Position numbers and translations under genes: made by a program. DNA of 64,000 nt from Octopus bimaculoides (Eukaryota), in assembly GCF_001194135.2 (NCBI RefSeq), contig NC_068995.1, positions 1,327,582 through 1,391,581 of the forward strand. Direction: 5' to 3'. Of this stretch, positions 51,346 to 64,000 are shown in pieces. Numbering within the stretch: the stretch's first letter is position 1; each line of letters starts with the position of its first letter. The notes under the pieces are model-generated. The model saw only the letters and a list, made by a program, of their open reading frames with translations, did no database searches and was not told the origin of the DNA.

Positions 51346-52403
51346 ACTTTGTTTCTTCAATATGTCAATCTTTACCTTTCATTCTATCTACTGTGTGTGT
51401 GTGTGTGTGTCCTACTCAAAACCCCAGAAAAAAGAAAAAAACAAAAAAGAAAAAAAACATCACAGATTTCAGGGGGTGCACTGAGCCCAGTAAATGACTG
51501 GTATCTTATACTGAGTGAGTCAAAATGATGAAAGGTGAAGTCAACTGTTGATGGAATTTGAACTTAGAACGAAAAGACACCAGACTAAATGCTGCAAAGA
51601 GAGAGACATATGGTTTGGTGATCCACTGATTCTGCAATTCAGAAGAACCAAGAAGTTTGGACAATTTTTGGAGGAAGCACAGGAAGCGAGGGAAAGGAAG
51701 AGGAAAGATAATTATGGTGAAAAAGGGAGGGGGAAAAAAAGGGACGATGGTAGATGAATGGGTGGGAAATGGAAGAATATATTAGTTCCAAGTCTTGGCA
51801 CAAAACCAGCAACATTAGGGGAAGCGGGTAAGTCAATTCCATCAAACCCCAGACCGTAGTATTTAGCTGGTACTTATTTTACTGACCCTGGAAGGACAAA
51901 AGGCAAAGGCAACCTCAGCGGAATTTGAACTCAGAACATGAAGACAGGCGAAGTGCCGCCAAGCATTTGGTCTGATGTGATAACAACTCTGCCAGTTCAT
52001 TGCATCAAAGCAGAGCAGCTTCACAAAGCAAGAACTGACGCATGATGCGTTAACCTTCATCTGGTGGGGGTTATTTCCTGGCTGGTGCCTGGTAAAGGAT
52101 GCTGGAGTGCCATTATCCAGCAGAACAGCTTAAGAACTGGTTACTACGGTTGGTGGTTCTATGCCATGCTCCACTGCATCTGCTTTTTTCCATTTTTTTT
52201 TTATAAGGGAGACTTCATGCAGTACAACCTTGGCACTGGTTTGTCCAACTCATCTTTAAGGAACAAGTAGACCCCTGCAGGCAGCTCTCCTATTGAAGTT
52301 GATATTAAGAAATTTGCCCTTTTGGGGTTTTGAGTAGGACACACACACACACACACAGTAGATAGAATGAAAGGTAAAGATTGACATATTGAAGAAACAA
52401 AGT
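51346..52403. repeat. Perfect 81-bp inverted repeat (51346-51426 / 52323-52403)
   Basis: The arms are exact reverse complements, including the length of the 19-nt TG tract. The ORF track shows the same peptide FVSSICQSLPFILSTVCVCVCPTQNP on both strands. Confidence 0.92.
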
Positions 52404-53231
52404 GAAGGATAGATAAATAGAATGAAGAAATAGTAGTGCAGATGACCATTTACCAATCTACTATAGACTGGTTTCTTGTTTCTATATCTTGCTGGGTAGA
52501 GAGATAGATAGGTAGATATTCAGACTGATAGATAGATAGATAGATAAGTAGAGATAGATAGGTAGACAGATAAGTAGAGAGAGAGAGATAGGTAGACAGA
52601 AAAAAAGAAAAGACAGACAGACAGATAAATAGATAGACTGAGAGATAGATAGATAGACCGGCATTAAAGGACCAATACAAAATTGTATTATTAAAGGAGT
52701 GGCAATGGTGATGATGATGTTTATGGTGGTGGTGGTGGAAGAAGTAGGAAGGAGGTTGCTACTCCAAACAGTTCACCAATGGTCACCAAAGAGGGTTTCC
52801 AGTATCCTCAAATGGGGCCTCAATAACTCAATAAATAATCAAACTTTCAATATCTATCAATAACAAAATGATAAAAGAAAATTTCCATAGCAACGAAGGG
52901 CAGAATGGTTAATTAAGGTTATAGTTTCATTCATGAGGATGGTGTTTGTTGTTATTGCTGTTGTTTATTTTCAGGCATAGAGTATCTTGGACTACATCAT
53001 TTAATACGTCCTTCCTTTTTATTCTATTTTGGTTTAAAGGGGATTCAGTTGCTATTTCTAGCATTTCAAGTGACACCATAGAAGCATTTTTGTAGGTGGG
53101 TGGTGGTGGTGGTCGAGTTGTTCAGCTGTTTGAAAAGTGTCTGTACTAAACAAACACACACAAATACACACTCAGAAAGACAGGCAGACACACACTCACA
53201 CACACACATTCACATAAATACTTAGACAGAT

Positions 53232-53274
<43 letters not shown>

Positions 53275-55430
53275 TACAAACACATACACACATTACATTA
53301 CATTCAATTTTCAAGAATGTCAAGAATGAAAATATGTAAAATATTTCTAAAAAGTTAAAACTTCAAAATAAAATAAGAAAAAAAAAATCTACTACTACTA
53401 CTACCACTACTACCACTACTACTGTACTTTTAGCAGGTTAAAGCAACAAACGACATAAAAAAAGAAGTGTGTATTGGTATGGAGAGATATTTATTGGTGT
53501 ATACAAGTATTTCAATGTGTGTGTGTATAGGTATTTGAATATGTGTGTGTATATAAGTACATACACACATATATACTTCCATACAGGTATATATTTAAGT
53601 AAACACACACATCCACATGTTTCAATGAGCTAGCAGTCCATTTCTTCAGTATTTCGGCAAAAAAAAATTCATATATATATATATGTGTGTGTGTGTGTGT
53701 ACATACACACATGCATACATGTATATATAAATCTTGTTGCCATGTTTTATCAGTATGTGATATGACAAAAAAGAAAAGAAAAGAAAAACAGAGTATTGTT
53801 GTAAAGTAAATGTATTTTTTTAAATGTCGGCATAAATATGTAGTCAAATGGATACCGTTCGAATATTCCACGCTGGCAAAACTGTGTCGTAATGGAAGCA
53901 TACTAACTAATCTGTTATGCTGTTTGATACACACGCAAACACATATATATATATATAATCATACACATACAGGCATATATGCATGCATATAAACACACAC
54001 ACATATGCACACGTGTATATTCATTGTTTGTGGATTTACCATGCTACCATTGGTTTCATATGAAACACTGCAATTATCAACTTCCCTTTTAAAAATATTG
54101 GTAAACTGTTTCCATTTTGGATAAGGTTACCAATGGTAGCATGAGAATTCCACAAAGAAAGAATGTACACACACACACACATGTGTGTGTGTGTATATAA
54201 AATCATACAGTTACTAACACTACTTCTATGTACATACATATAGGTTTGTGTTTGCCAAGCAGTTACTAAACCAAAGATGACTACAAGAAGAAGCTGGGGG
54301 GGGGAAGGCAGAGCAGTGACCTTAAGCCATTAAGCCAATACAATTACGAACTGACATCAACAAGCAGAAGAAGAGCAACACAAGCTACTACCAGAGAGAA
54401 AGAAACAAACAGAAACAGCAGATGGTGCCAACAACAACAACAACAACAACAACAATCAAAAGGTTTAAATGTCACTCCTACCTCCCCCTGAATCATGACA
54501 AAGTCGTTTATTCAGTGCAGAGACCAAATTTCTATGTTGGGCTGCTAGAGTTGTCTCCCCATTCGAAGAGCCTGCAAGACAATTTTTCTTTTAAATCTGC
54601 TGGAGATTAACATATATATACACTCACACACACACACACACCACCCCGTGTAAGAAATAAGTGTGTCTGTGCATGTATGATGTATATTTATGCAGGTGTG
54701 CATATGTACGTGCGTGTGTGTGTATACATATACACATATATATATATACACACAGACATATATACGCATACAAATGTATATACAAGCACATATATCTATA
54801 TCTATATATACCATGTTATTTATATATAATAGCACACATTGTGTAATAATATATTTGCACATGAATCACACACACTTGCACACAATATTATGTGATATAT
54901 ATATGTGTGTATATATATATATCACATTGTGAACAACAACAAAAACAACAACAACAAATGAAACAGAAGATCCTTCCAAGACAATTCTATTTGATATCAT
55001 CATCATCACCATCATCATCATCATCCATTGGTTCATTATCAGAAGAACTGCCAGCTGTTAAGAGAGAGAGAAGAGTCACAAAAGATCAAAACATATTGTT
55101 TCCCCTAACCCAACATCCTTTCATTATAATACTATAAGGGGTCTACTTAACCTTGGCATTTACAGGTAAGATATTCACACCCCCCTCAGTGATCTGGTAT
55201 CATTGCCACCACCACCACCACCACCACTGCTGCCGCCGCCAACACCATCATCATCCAAACAAAATGCAGACTGAAGACTAAACACCAAAGCATTTTGAAA
55301 TGACCCCCTCCCCCGCCCCCATTCTGCAAACAGACAAACCTTTACCACAATCACAGTTGCACAGACATATCACAATTCACAAATAAACATTGACATTAAA
55401 CAGTGTCACAATAATAGACATAAGGAGTTT

Positions 55431-55432
55431 AC

Positions 55433-55468
<36 letters not shown>

Positions 55469-55680
55469 CCTTTCTACTAAAGGCACAAGGCCTGAATTTG
55501 TGAGGAGGGGACTAGTTGATTACACTGACCCCAGTGTTTCATTGGTACTTAATTAATGGACCCCGAAAGGATGAAAGGCAAAGTCAACCTCGGTGGAATT
55601 TGAACTCAGAATGTAGTGGCAATCGAAATACCACTAAGCACTTCGTCCAGTGCGCTAACCATTCTGACAGCTTACAGCCT
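55431..55680 (-). mobile_element. SINE family B (tRNA-like head, (TTA)n tail), well-preserved copy
   Basis: (taa)n cctttctactaaaggcacaaggcctgaa..gaccccagt..ggatgaaaggcaaagtcaacctcggtggaatttgaactcagaa. Similar copies near 4331-4680, 8380-8530, 11515-11750, 14650-14850, 24700-25260, 28600-28820, 48470-48615, 49240-49450 and 51780-52000. Confidence 0.8.
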
Positions 55681-55779
55681 TCATCCTAATTAATAAATAG
55701 TAATAATTTGAAGGTTTGGTACAAAGCTAGCAGTTTTAGGGAAGGTGGGAGTTAGTTGATAACATCAGACTCAGTACTT

Positions 55780-56219
55780 GAGGGATGATAGGAGCTGCAC
55801 GTGGAAGGCGCGAGAGCTGTATGGTGCTTGGAAGCCATAGTGTTTTATATCAAATAAAGCTTGGACGAAGTCAAATATATTTTTATTCTGTTTTACAACT
55901 CTAAAATAGGCTGAACAGCTCCATTGATCATCATCACCACCTAGAAGCAGCCATTGGCAAACTGTGACCCATAGGACTTTCAGAATGGTTGCCAATGAAT
56001 AATCACCTTGACTTCTTTTTAGTAATGTAACTCACCTGTTGATGAGTCTCATGCAGTCTGCTTCTCAAAAAAGGTTGCCTGTGCCTGACCAACAATCTCT
56101 CCAAGAGTATCATCAAACTTGGCTGTTATTAAATCCTATTATGCTAACAGAGGCCAAACTATGGCTTCCAAGCACCATACAGCTCTCACGCCTTCCACGT
56201 GTGGCCCCTATCACCCCTC
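55780..56219. repeat. 62-bp inverted repeat (55780-55841 / 56158-56219), 57/62 identity, 316-bp spacer
   Basis: Direct alignment by eye; all five mismatches are transitions. Confidence 0.9.
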
Positions 56220-57356
56220 CACCCCCTGTGATCATTACTTACTGCAACCACCTCTACCACCCTCCTCCTCCATTTTTACTTACCTCCTTACTCCTTAAGG
56301 ATTTGTTCTGGCATCCCACCATCTTCCGAACTAATCCTGTCCACTCCTATTTAATGCAGGGTGGTCATGTATCTTTTCTATAGCAAGACACCTGTGCTTG
56401 TCCTCATACTTTAGCCCTTCCCTCCATNNNNNNNNNNNNNNNNNNNNNNNNNNNNNATGCAAGGGTTTTTTTTTTCCTTCACTGGTTCTTTTCCCTTTTT
56501 TTTTGTGTGTGTGGTTGTATACAGTCAACCATTACAGTTATGGTTTCACCTTGACCTTTGATAGCTGTTGGTCAACCAAAATACAATATCCACCAGCAGC
56601 CGGTTGGTCCAGTGACTGGCTGTACACAATATCAGAGCTAAAACAGTGTTGTTAACGAGAACAAAAAAATATTCCAGTGGATCAGCAGGTAAAATAACAA
56701 CGACATTAGTGGCACATCAACTGAAACCTGTGCTTTCTTGCAATTGGCAACTGCAGCCTGTCGTTTTACATGCAATGTGTTACTTGTCACTTAACTGTGG
56801 CTTACATGTATGACATGAAAAATAATTACACAAACTTTTAATTAATACAACCTAGATTAACAAAGCAGACGGAGAGAGGGGTATCTCTGTGTTGTTGTTG
56901 TTGTTGCAAAATCCAGGTTGAGAATCGAACTTCTTACTGCAAAAAGTTACACAAGAGTTGTGTTATCCATCACAAAGAATAAGGAGCAACTGCCTGGGTC
57001 CCCTTAAAAGCTAGTCTCATGACTGGGGTTTGCATCCCCCCCCAACGCCCCTTAAGCCAGCCACCTTCCTACTTGCTCCATATTTCCACAACACACATGT
57101 CAGGACATGCAGAGGATCAGTTTCTATAAGGGAGGGGAGAGGTGGGGGGAGAAGGAAACTGAGAAATAACGAGAGTGGGAGAGATAGGAAGTAATGTGTG
57201 TGTGTGTGTGTGCGTGCGCACGCATGTATGTATGTATGTGTATATATATGTGTGTATCTACACACACATACACCATGTTATGATAGTGAAAGCGGGAGAG
57301 AAAGATAAAGAAGAAAAAGTGTTCCAGAAAGAGAGTGGGAGGGAAAGTGATATATC

Positions 57357-57395
<39 letters not shown>

Positions 57396-59130
57396 TATCT
57401 GTCTGTCTGTCTCTCTCTCTCTCTATATAGATAGAAAGAGAGAGATAGAGGTAGATGGATAGAGAGAGTGTGTGTGTGTGTGTTGTTGAAAGTGAGAGAA
57501 ACCATACAGGTGAGTGTAATCTTGTTTAGACATGCAGTGATGTGGGGGGGTTGGTGGGTGTTAATTGGTACATGACAGGTAAGTGCCCCCTCCCTAATAA
57601 TGGTAACAATGACTGCCACAACTCCCCATTAAGGTGGTGGTGGTGGTGTGTGTGTGTATGTTAAAAGTTGTGGTGATTCATGTATTAGTGGAAGCTGGGT
57701 TGGGGAGAAGGGAGTTAGGGAGTCAACATAATGGACAGACCAGTAGAAAGTACAGCTGGGGCGGGTGGTGGGTGGCGAGTTGACGCAAGGTAGGAAGGGT
57801 GAGAAGGAGAGAGAGAGAAGATTTTAACACAGTATTTATTACTTGGGTGGTATACATAGGATGAGGGGTGAGGTGGGAGGAGAGATTTACATTGGAGGGT
57901 GGGTGATTGGTGGGTAGTGCCCGATTACCAAGATGGCTGTTGTGAAGGTGGAGGAAGTTATTGGATGGGGGGGGGGCACTGATGGAGGGTTGGACAGGGG
58001 TCAGGGTGGAAATAGTAGCAGAGGTTGTTATTACCAAGAACAGGGTGTAAGTTAGAAAGGTATTAACTTCCACAAGGACACACAGACAGACATGCAGGAA
58101 GTGGGGGGGGGAGATGTGGTGACAACTTATTGGTACAAGAAAACTGAAAAGCCCATGTACTGCTTCTCCATCTTACACAACAAAGAAGGAGAAAGAGAAA
58201 CAAAGAGATTACCAGATTTTGTCCATTTCACTCCCACCCCAACCTATTAGTTCATAGCCTTTATCTCTGAAGGAGAGAGTGGTGGTGGTTCCATCTCTCT
58301 GCTTTTGTCTATTACCTCCTCCCCACTAACCCTAACATCCATTCAGACTGAACACAACCAAAAACCTTTATAAGATTTACAAATGCCACAGAGTCACTAA
58401 TCTCTGATAATCTCCCAAAGTGACCACCCAAAACACACACTTGCAAACTTTACGTCCACAAAATCTTCCTACTAACGATGGGTGGGTTACGAGAAAACAT
58501 TTGAGAGGTGGTCAGTTTCTGGGCCTCGCTATAAAGCTTGGATAAAAGTGACATTGAAGTTGTTTTGCTGCTCAAATATCTCAGAGGAAGCAGAAATGGT
58601 CATCTAGTGGACAAATGATACAGAATGATCCAACCACTTTATAAATCAATCAATCCTAAGAGAAGGAACAGTGACTAATGACTTACTGGCCCTTCCAACA
58701 GGCATGACTAACATGATTGATAACCAGTGTGTTGAGATTTGTAAAAACAGGAAAACAAAAAAAGAAACTGGTGTGACTATAGTTTGTGTTTCAAACCATG
58801 TGGTTCCATGTTCAATCTCACTGTGCAATACATGAGGCAACTAAAGGCTACAGGTCAACAAATGCATTGTGAGTGGAATTGGTTGATAAAAATTTTATGG
58901 AAGTCTCTCATGTATGGTGTGGGTGTGGGTGTGAGTGAAGTGAATGTCTACATCCTGCAATGTGTGTGTGGGAGGGAGAGAGAAGTGATAGATACTTTTT
59001 TACAGTTTTTATATCTGAATTTGTCAAATGGAAGATTCCTTATTTTTCTCAACCCAGATGGCCCTTCAGAAGGAAATCATTCTCTGCCCCTGTACCACTT
59101 AGACACCTCATCTCTACACACGTCATCACT

Positions 59131-59385
59131 CAGTGTTTCTCCTTAATTATTTGTCTAGGGACCCCTTTGAATCCTATTGTACCCCCCACTCCAGCCAGTC
59201 AATGTTTTAAAAAAAAATCCTATTATATTCTTAGAATTAAATATTAGGAATTGTATTAAAACAAGGGTTAAAATATTTTTTGACTTGTAAAGCTGTAACC
59301 AATTTATTGCAGATAAATTTTAATGATGAAATCTTATATGGATCTCACCCGCAAGGGCCATATGAACCCTAGTGAAGAATGACTG
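59131..59385. mobile_element. Degenerate hAT (Charlie-like) MITE
   Basis: Starts CAGTGTTTCTC..GGGACCCC and ends GAAGAATGACTG (degenerate TIR). Flanks TCATCACT/TCATAGAA only half-match an 8-bp TSD. Confidence 0.45.
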
Positions 59386-60126
59386 TCATAGAAAATGTCA
59401 AGGGAATATACACAAAAACAGCCAAGGAGTTTCTATGTGGTCACTCAAATTGGTAGAAATAGCAGCCAAATGACATTCCACTGCTTAAAACTTGGAAGGA
59501 CATGTAAGATAATGTAACAACAGAATGGTCTTGACTGGAACATTTATGATCAGGGGTTTGTTGGATAAGGGTTAAAAGAGGGGCATTAAACAACATTTTG
59601 TCTCCAACAATTCTTTACCACCCCCACCATCACCAACCCCTCCTTCCAGTGCAGCCAACTCCCCACCTCCCACCGCCACCACGTCTTTGTTAGGTTGCTG
59701 TTCCTGTTTCATTGTAAATGTTTATGTATTTAATTGTTTGTCTCTCTTTCTCCCCACATATCTTATCTTCAGGAATATCTGGACCCCCACCCCAGCACCA
59801 CTAAGTCCATCCACTCGCCCACAGAGAGAGGGGGGGGTAGAGAGTGAGGATTCAGGTTTCATTCCCATACAATGGTCAAAAGTCTCGATGAGAACAAGCA
59901 ATGCTGCTGCCACTGCCACCACCACTCACCACTCACCACTCACCACTCACCACCACTCACTGGCCAGTTCTATTAACACATTTTAAAAGGAAGAGATAGA
60001 TAGGTAGATAGGTAGATAGAGAGGGAGGGAGGGAGATATTTTACCAGTAAAGGTGTTATGTGTGTGTGTGTGTGTGTGTGTGCAGAAAGAAAACCCTGAA
60101 CAGAAAACTCATATGCATTACACACA

Positions 60127-60250
60127 CCCACATGTACGCACTCACACAAACACACACACACCCACATGTACGCACTCACACAAACACACACACACCCACA
60201 TGTACGCACTCACACAAACACACACACACCCACATGTATGCACTCACACA
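60127..60250. repeat. 34-bp minisatellite (CCCACATGTACGCACTCACACAAACACACACACA), at least 3.6 copies running into an N-gap
   Basis: Units start at 60127, 60161, 60195 and 60229. Confidence 0.9.
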
Positions 60251-60733
60251 CANNNNNNNNNNNNNNNNNNNNNNNNNNNNNNNNNNNNNNNNNNNNNNNN
60301 NNNNNNNNNNNNNNNNNNNNNNNNNNNNNNNNNNNNNNNNNNNNNNNNNNNNNNNNNNNNNNNNNNNNNNNNNNNNNNNNNNNNNNNNNNNNNNNNNNNN
60401 NNNNNNNNNNNNNNNNNNNNNNNNNNNNNNNNNNNNNNNNNNNNNNNNNNNNNNNNNNNNNNNNNNNNNNNNNNNNNNNNNNNNNNNNNNNNNNNNNNNN
60501 NNNNNNNNNNNNNNNNNNNNNNNNNNNNNNNNNNNNNNNNNNNNNNNNNNNNNNNNNNNNNNNNNNNNNNNNNNNNNNNNNNNNNNNNNNNNNNNNNNNN
60601 NNNNNNNNNNNNNNNNNNNNNNNNNNNNNNNNNNNNNNNNNNNNNNNNNNNNNNNNNNNNNNNNNNNNNNNNNNNNNNNNNNNNNNNNNNNNNNNNNNNN
60701 NNTCACCTGTACTGTTGACAAACAGGAAAATGT

Positions 60734-60775
<42 letters not shown>

Positions 60776-61170
60776 TTTATTGCTTTTACAGGATTTGCAA
60801 AGAGGTTAGGTTAGTGGAAGGAATGTGTGTGTGTGTGCGTGTGTGTGTTTGCAGTTTATAACAATTTTTTTTTTCCTGTAATATTATATTTTGGCTACAA
60901 ATTACCAAATAAAGGTGTCTCCAAACATTTCTCAGCCTTGCAAAGGCGCAACTGTGTTTTTCTTTCAACTTGCCAACTGACCAGACAACACACACACACA
61001 CACACACACTGTGTGATAATAAAAGGATTTCAATCTCTCTCTTTAACACTAGTGTGTGTGTGTTTGTGTATACTATTATTCTGAGTTCTGTTTTGCTTGT
61101 TCTAAGCTTAACCTGTATACATCTATCTATATACATACACAACACAAAAGCATAAATCTTAATGCATACA

Positions 61171-61205
<35 letters not shown>

Positions 61206-62244
61206 TCACACTGAAAGTAATGAAATGTGGTGTTATTTGACAGGAAAACATTGAAAGTGAAGCATGAATTTTGGTTGGAAAGAAATTAGGAGAGAAAACT
61301 CCACTGGATGGGATATATTTGTCAACATCATCTCCGCAGGGTCCATACACTACATTTTCCTGTTGAGTCAACACACAATGTCTGTCTACCCAGTTAATGG
61401 TTACACAGTGCATCTACCCGGTCAACACACCCTGACACATAACAATGTGTTTAGAAATAGAGAGATAATTGAAGAGAGTGTTGACACAAATATCAATAAA
61501 TATATATCTCCAAGGATCATACAATACGATTGTGGTACAAGGCAAGGAATTAGGGTCAAGATGTGACCAGGAATGTAGTAGACCAATGCCTTATATACTG
61601 CTGTTACAAGGAACCGTACAAGTTCTGTATGTGCTGCCAGAAAGTCTGTATAGGTCTTCTGCACCTATAAAGTCTGTTGCAGCCCTTATGTACTTCTATT
61701 ACAGTGGCTCTGTAATAAAAGAGGGCTTGTGCTGTTGTAGGGGACACAGACCAACAAGCTTTGCAAAGGTTATTAGAATTAAGTAAAGAATACCTGAAGG
61801 GTTGACGAAAATGAAAATAACAAAGAGACTAACAGGAGCAGGATGATGGGTTAAGGTAAGGATTCTTTGTGGCTGATGGCTGATGAGGGAGAGGGGGAGA
61901 GAGAGGGAGAGAGGGAGAGGGAGAGAAAGAGGAAATGAAGCAGATCTATGGACAGTTGTGTGTGTCTGGTGACTCCTGACACAATTTTAAAGGTCCAACC
62001 CCCTATAACTAAAGGAGGGTCCATATGGTGTGTTCCGAACCCTATTCCAAGAAGTTGTGTTGCATAAAAATGAAAAGTTTGTATTGTTATTGGTTTTGTT
62101 ATTTACATTCACAGAGCAAATGTCATCAACGTGCGTGTGCGTGTGTGTGTGTGTGATTATGAAGAGAAAGAGACAGACACCTGAGGCAATAGAAACACAC
62201 TTCTCCCCCTCTCACCCACATACATATACAATACACATATGTAT

Positions 62245-62316
<72 letters not shown>

Positions 62317-64000
62317 GCATTCATATGTATATGTATGTACATGTGTGTGTGTGTGTGTAGATAGAGTGTCTGTCTCCAGCCATTGGTGTAATCTGACCTC
62401 AGATGGATCATATAAAAGTGCAAATTTTATCACATCTCTAATGAACAGTTGCTGTGCAGCGGCATTCATTCTTCCTCGTCCTTTCACTGAATCCCATACA
62501 ACGCTCCACCCCCGCTCTCTTGTCACCACCACCACCACCACCACCACCATCACCACACTATCAAGCAATCAACTGTCTGAGTATCTGTCACCTCTAACAA
62601 CAACAACAACAACAGAAATGAGATAGCCATTATGCAGTCATTTGATCTGTAAGAAATAGCAGCCAAACCTCCTTTATATCACAGCTCTGACTTAAAGGAC
62701 GCATTAAATAATGTGGTCCTAGAAAACCTTAAAAAGGGTCAGTTGCCACACGGCTAGAATGACTCTGGTTGGAACTGATCTTGGTTAAACTAGAGAGTAA
62801 CAAGAAAAACAATGACAGTGAAGAATGCTCTAATGATTCTGCTAGCTTGTGGCATTAGTAGTAGTATAAATAGATTCAGAAAGGATTGAACAGGAATATT
62901 CAATGAGTTTGATTTCAACATAACAGTTAGCAAACTTCAAACATAAAACTCAGATTCAATCACCAGAAACCACTAACACACACACATCCCTTTTAACAGA
63001 ACCAGCTATAACAAGGAGCCTGTTAGATGCCTTCTCCAGGTCAATGAATACAAGGTACAGGGGGCTCTCTTAGCTAAAAACTTATCCTCATAAATTGTTG
63101 TACAGGGGGAAACTGTATTGGTGGCACTTTATTCAGGCACAAAACTGACCAGCAGCTCTTCTAAGATAATTCTCTTTCGAATCAGTTCTATTATAACGCT
63201 CACTGTTACTTTGATAACTCGGTCCATCACTCTTGCTATTACTCACACACACACACACACACACACAGGCGCATGTGTAGTAATTCTGTCAAATGCCACC
63301 ATATACACAGAACTAAACATTCTCCAGATATTTCTGAATTTACANNNNNNNNNNNNNNNNNNNNNNNNNNNNNNNNNNNNNNNNNNNNNNNNNNNNNNNN
63401 NNNNNNNNNNNNNNNNNNNNNNNNNNNNNNNNNNNNNNNNNNNNNNNNNNNNNNNNNNNNNNNNNNNNNNNNNNNNNNNNNNNNNNNNNNNNNNNNNNNN
63501 NNNNNNNNNNNNNNNNNNNNNNNNNNNNNNNNNNNNNNNNNNNNNNNNNNNNNNNNNNNNNNNNNNNNNNNNNNNNNNNNNNNNNNNNNNNNNNNNNNNN
63601 NNNNNNNNNNNNNNNNNNNNNNNNNNNNNNNNNNNNNNNNNNNNNNNNNNNNNNNNNNNNNNNNNNNNNNNNNNNNNNNNNNNNNNNNNNNNNNNNNNNN
63701 NNNNNNNNNNNNNNNNNNNNNNNNNNNNNNNNNNNNNNNNNNNNNNNNNNNNNNNNNNNNNNNNNNNNNNNNNNNNNNNNNNNNNNNNNNNNNNNNNNNN
63801 NNNNNNNNNNNNNNNNNNNNNNNNNNNNNNNNNNNNNNNNNNNNNNNNNNNNNNNNNNNNNNNNNNNNNNNNNNNNNNNNNNNNNNNNNNNNNNNNNNNN
63901 NNNNNNNNNNNNNNNNNNNNNNNNNNNNNNNNNNNNNNNNNNNNNNNNNNNNNTGATGATGATGATGATGGTGACAATGGTGGTGTTGATGATGATGATG

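Noticed and set aside
61422-61664. Minus-strand ORF containing 'AVYKALV', reminiscent of the LINE LYKALVRP motif
   Set aside because: The similarity is too short to call a LINE fragment.
10068-63977. Long ORFs in the track full of X (e.g. 10068-10547, 16534-17602, 18073-18873, 38297-39308, 43809-44290, 60053-60861, 63243-63977)
   Set aside because: They are artefacts of N-gaps lacking stop codons. Only the SAMM50 exon portions inside 16534-17331 are real.
1-64000. CRISPR arrays, rRNA or genuine tRNA genes
   Set aside because: None seen. The recurring 30-50-bp motifs are dispersed SINE modules, and the tRNA-like A/B boxes belong to SINE heads.

Overview
Eukaryotic draft-genome window that is AT-rich, very microsatellite- and SINE-dense, and has about 12 N-gaps. 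The repeat families and gene sequences point to a cephalopod, most likely Octopus (inference). Two protein-coding genes lie tail-to-tail. (1) A complete SAMM50 (mitochondrial Sam50/Omp85) on the + strand: 13 coding exons, 8055-19172, 448 aa, all introns GT-AG and phase-consistent. (2) The large main coding exon of a sine oculis-binding protein homolog (SOBP) on the - strand, 32278-30093, with an apparent intron 3 nt after the stop codon. The expected N-terminal SOBP exons were not found, so most of 32.3-64 kb is probably one long intron. The rest is LINE fragments (RTE, CR1/L2), a decayed Tc1/mariner transposase, hAT remnants, three SINE-like families and simple repeats. The best unexplained structure is: two small TIR elements with exact 8- and 9-bp TSDs (one with a telomere-like core, one with promoter-like palindromes and a 46-aa basic ORF); four inverted repeats in the presumed SOBP intron (one a perfect 81-bp pair, one bracketing an exon-like segment); a uORF/intron-retention switch at the SAMM50 start; and a candidate divergent spliced transcript. 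No evidence for a wholly new multi-gene system was found. All alignments were made by eye.
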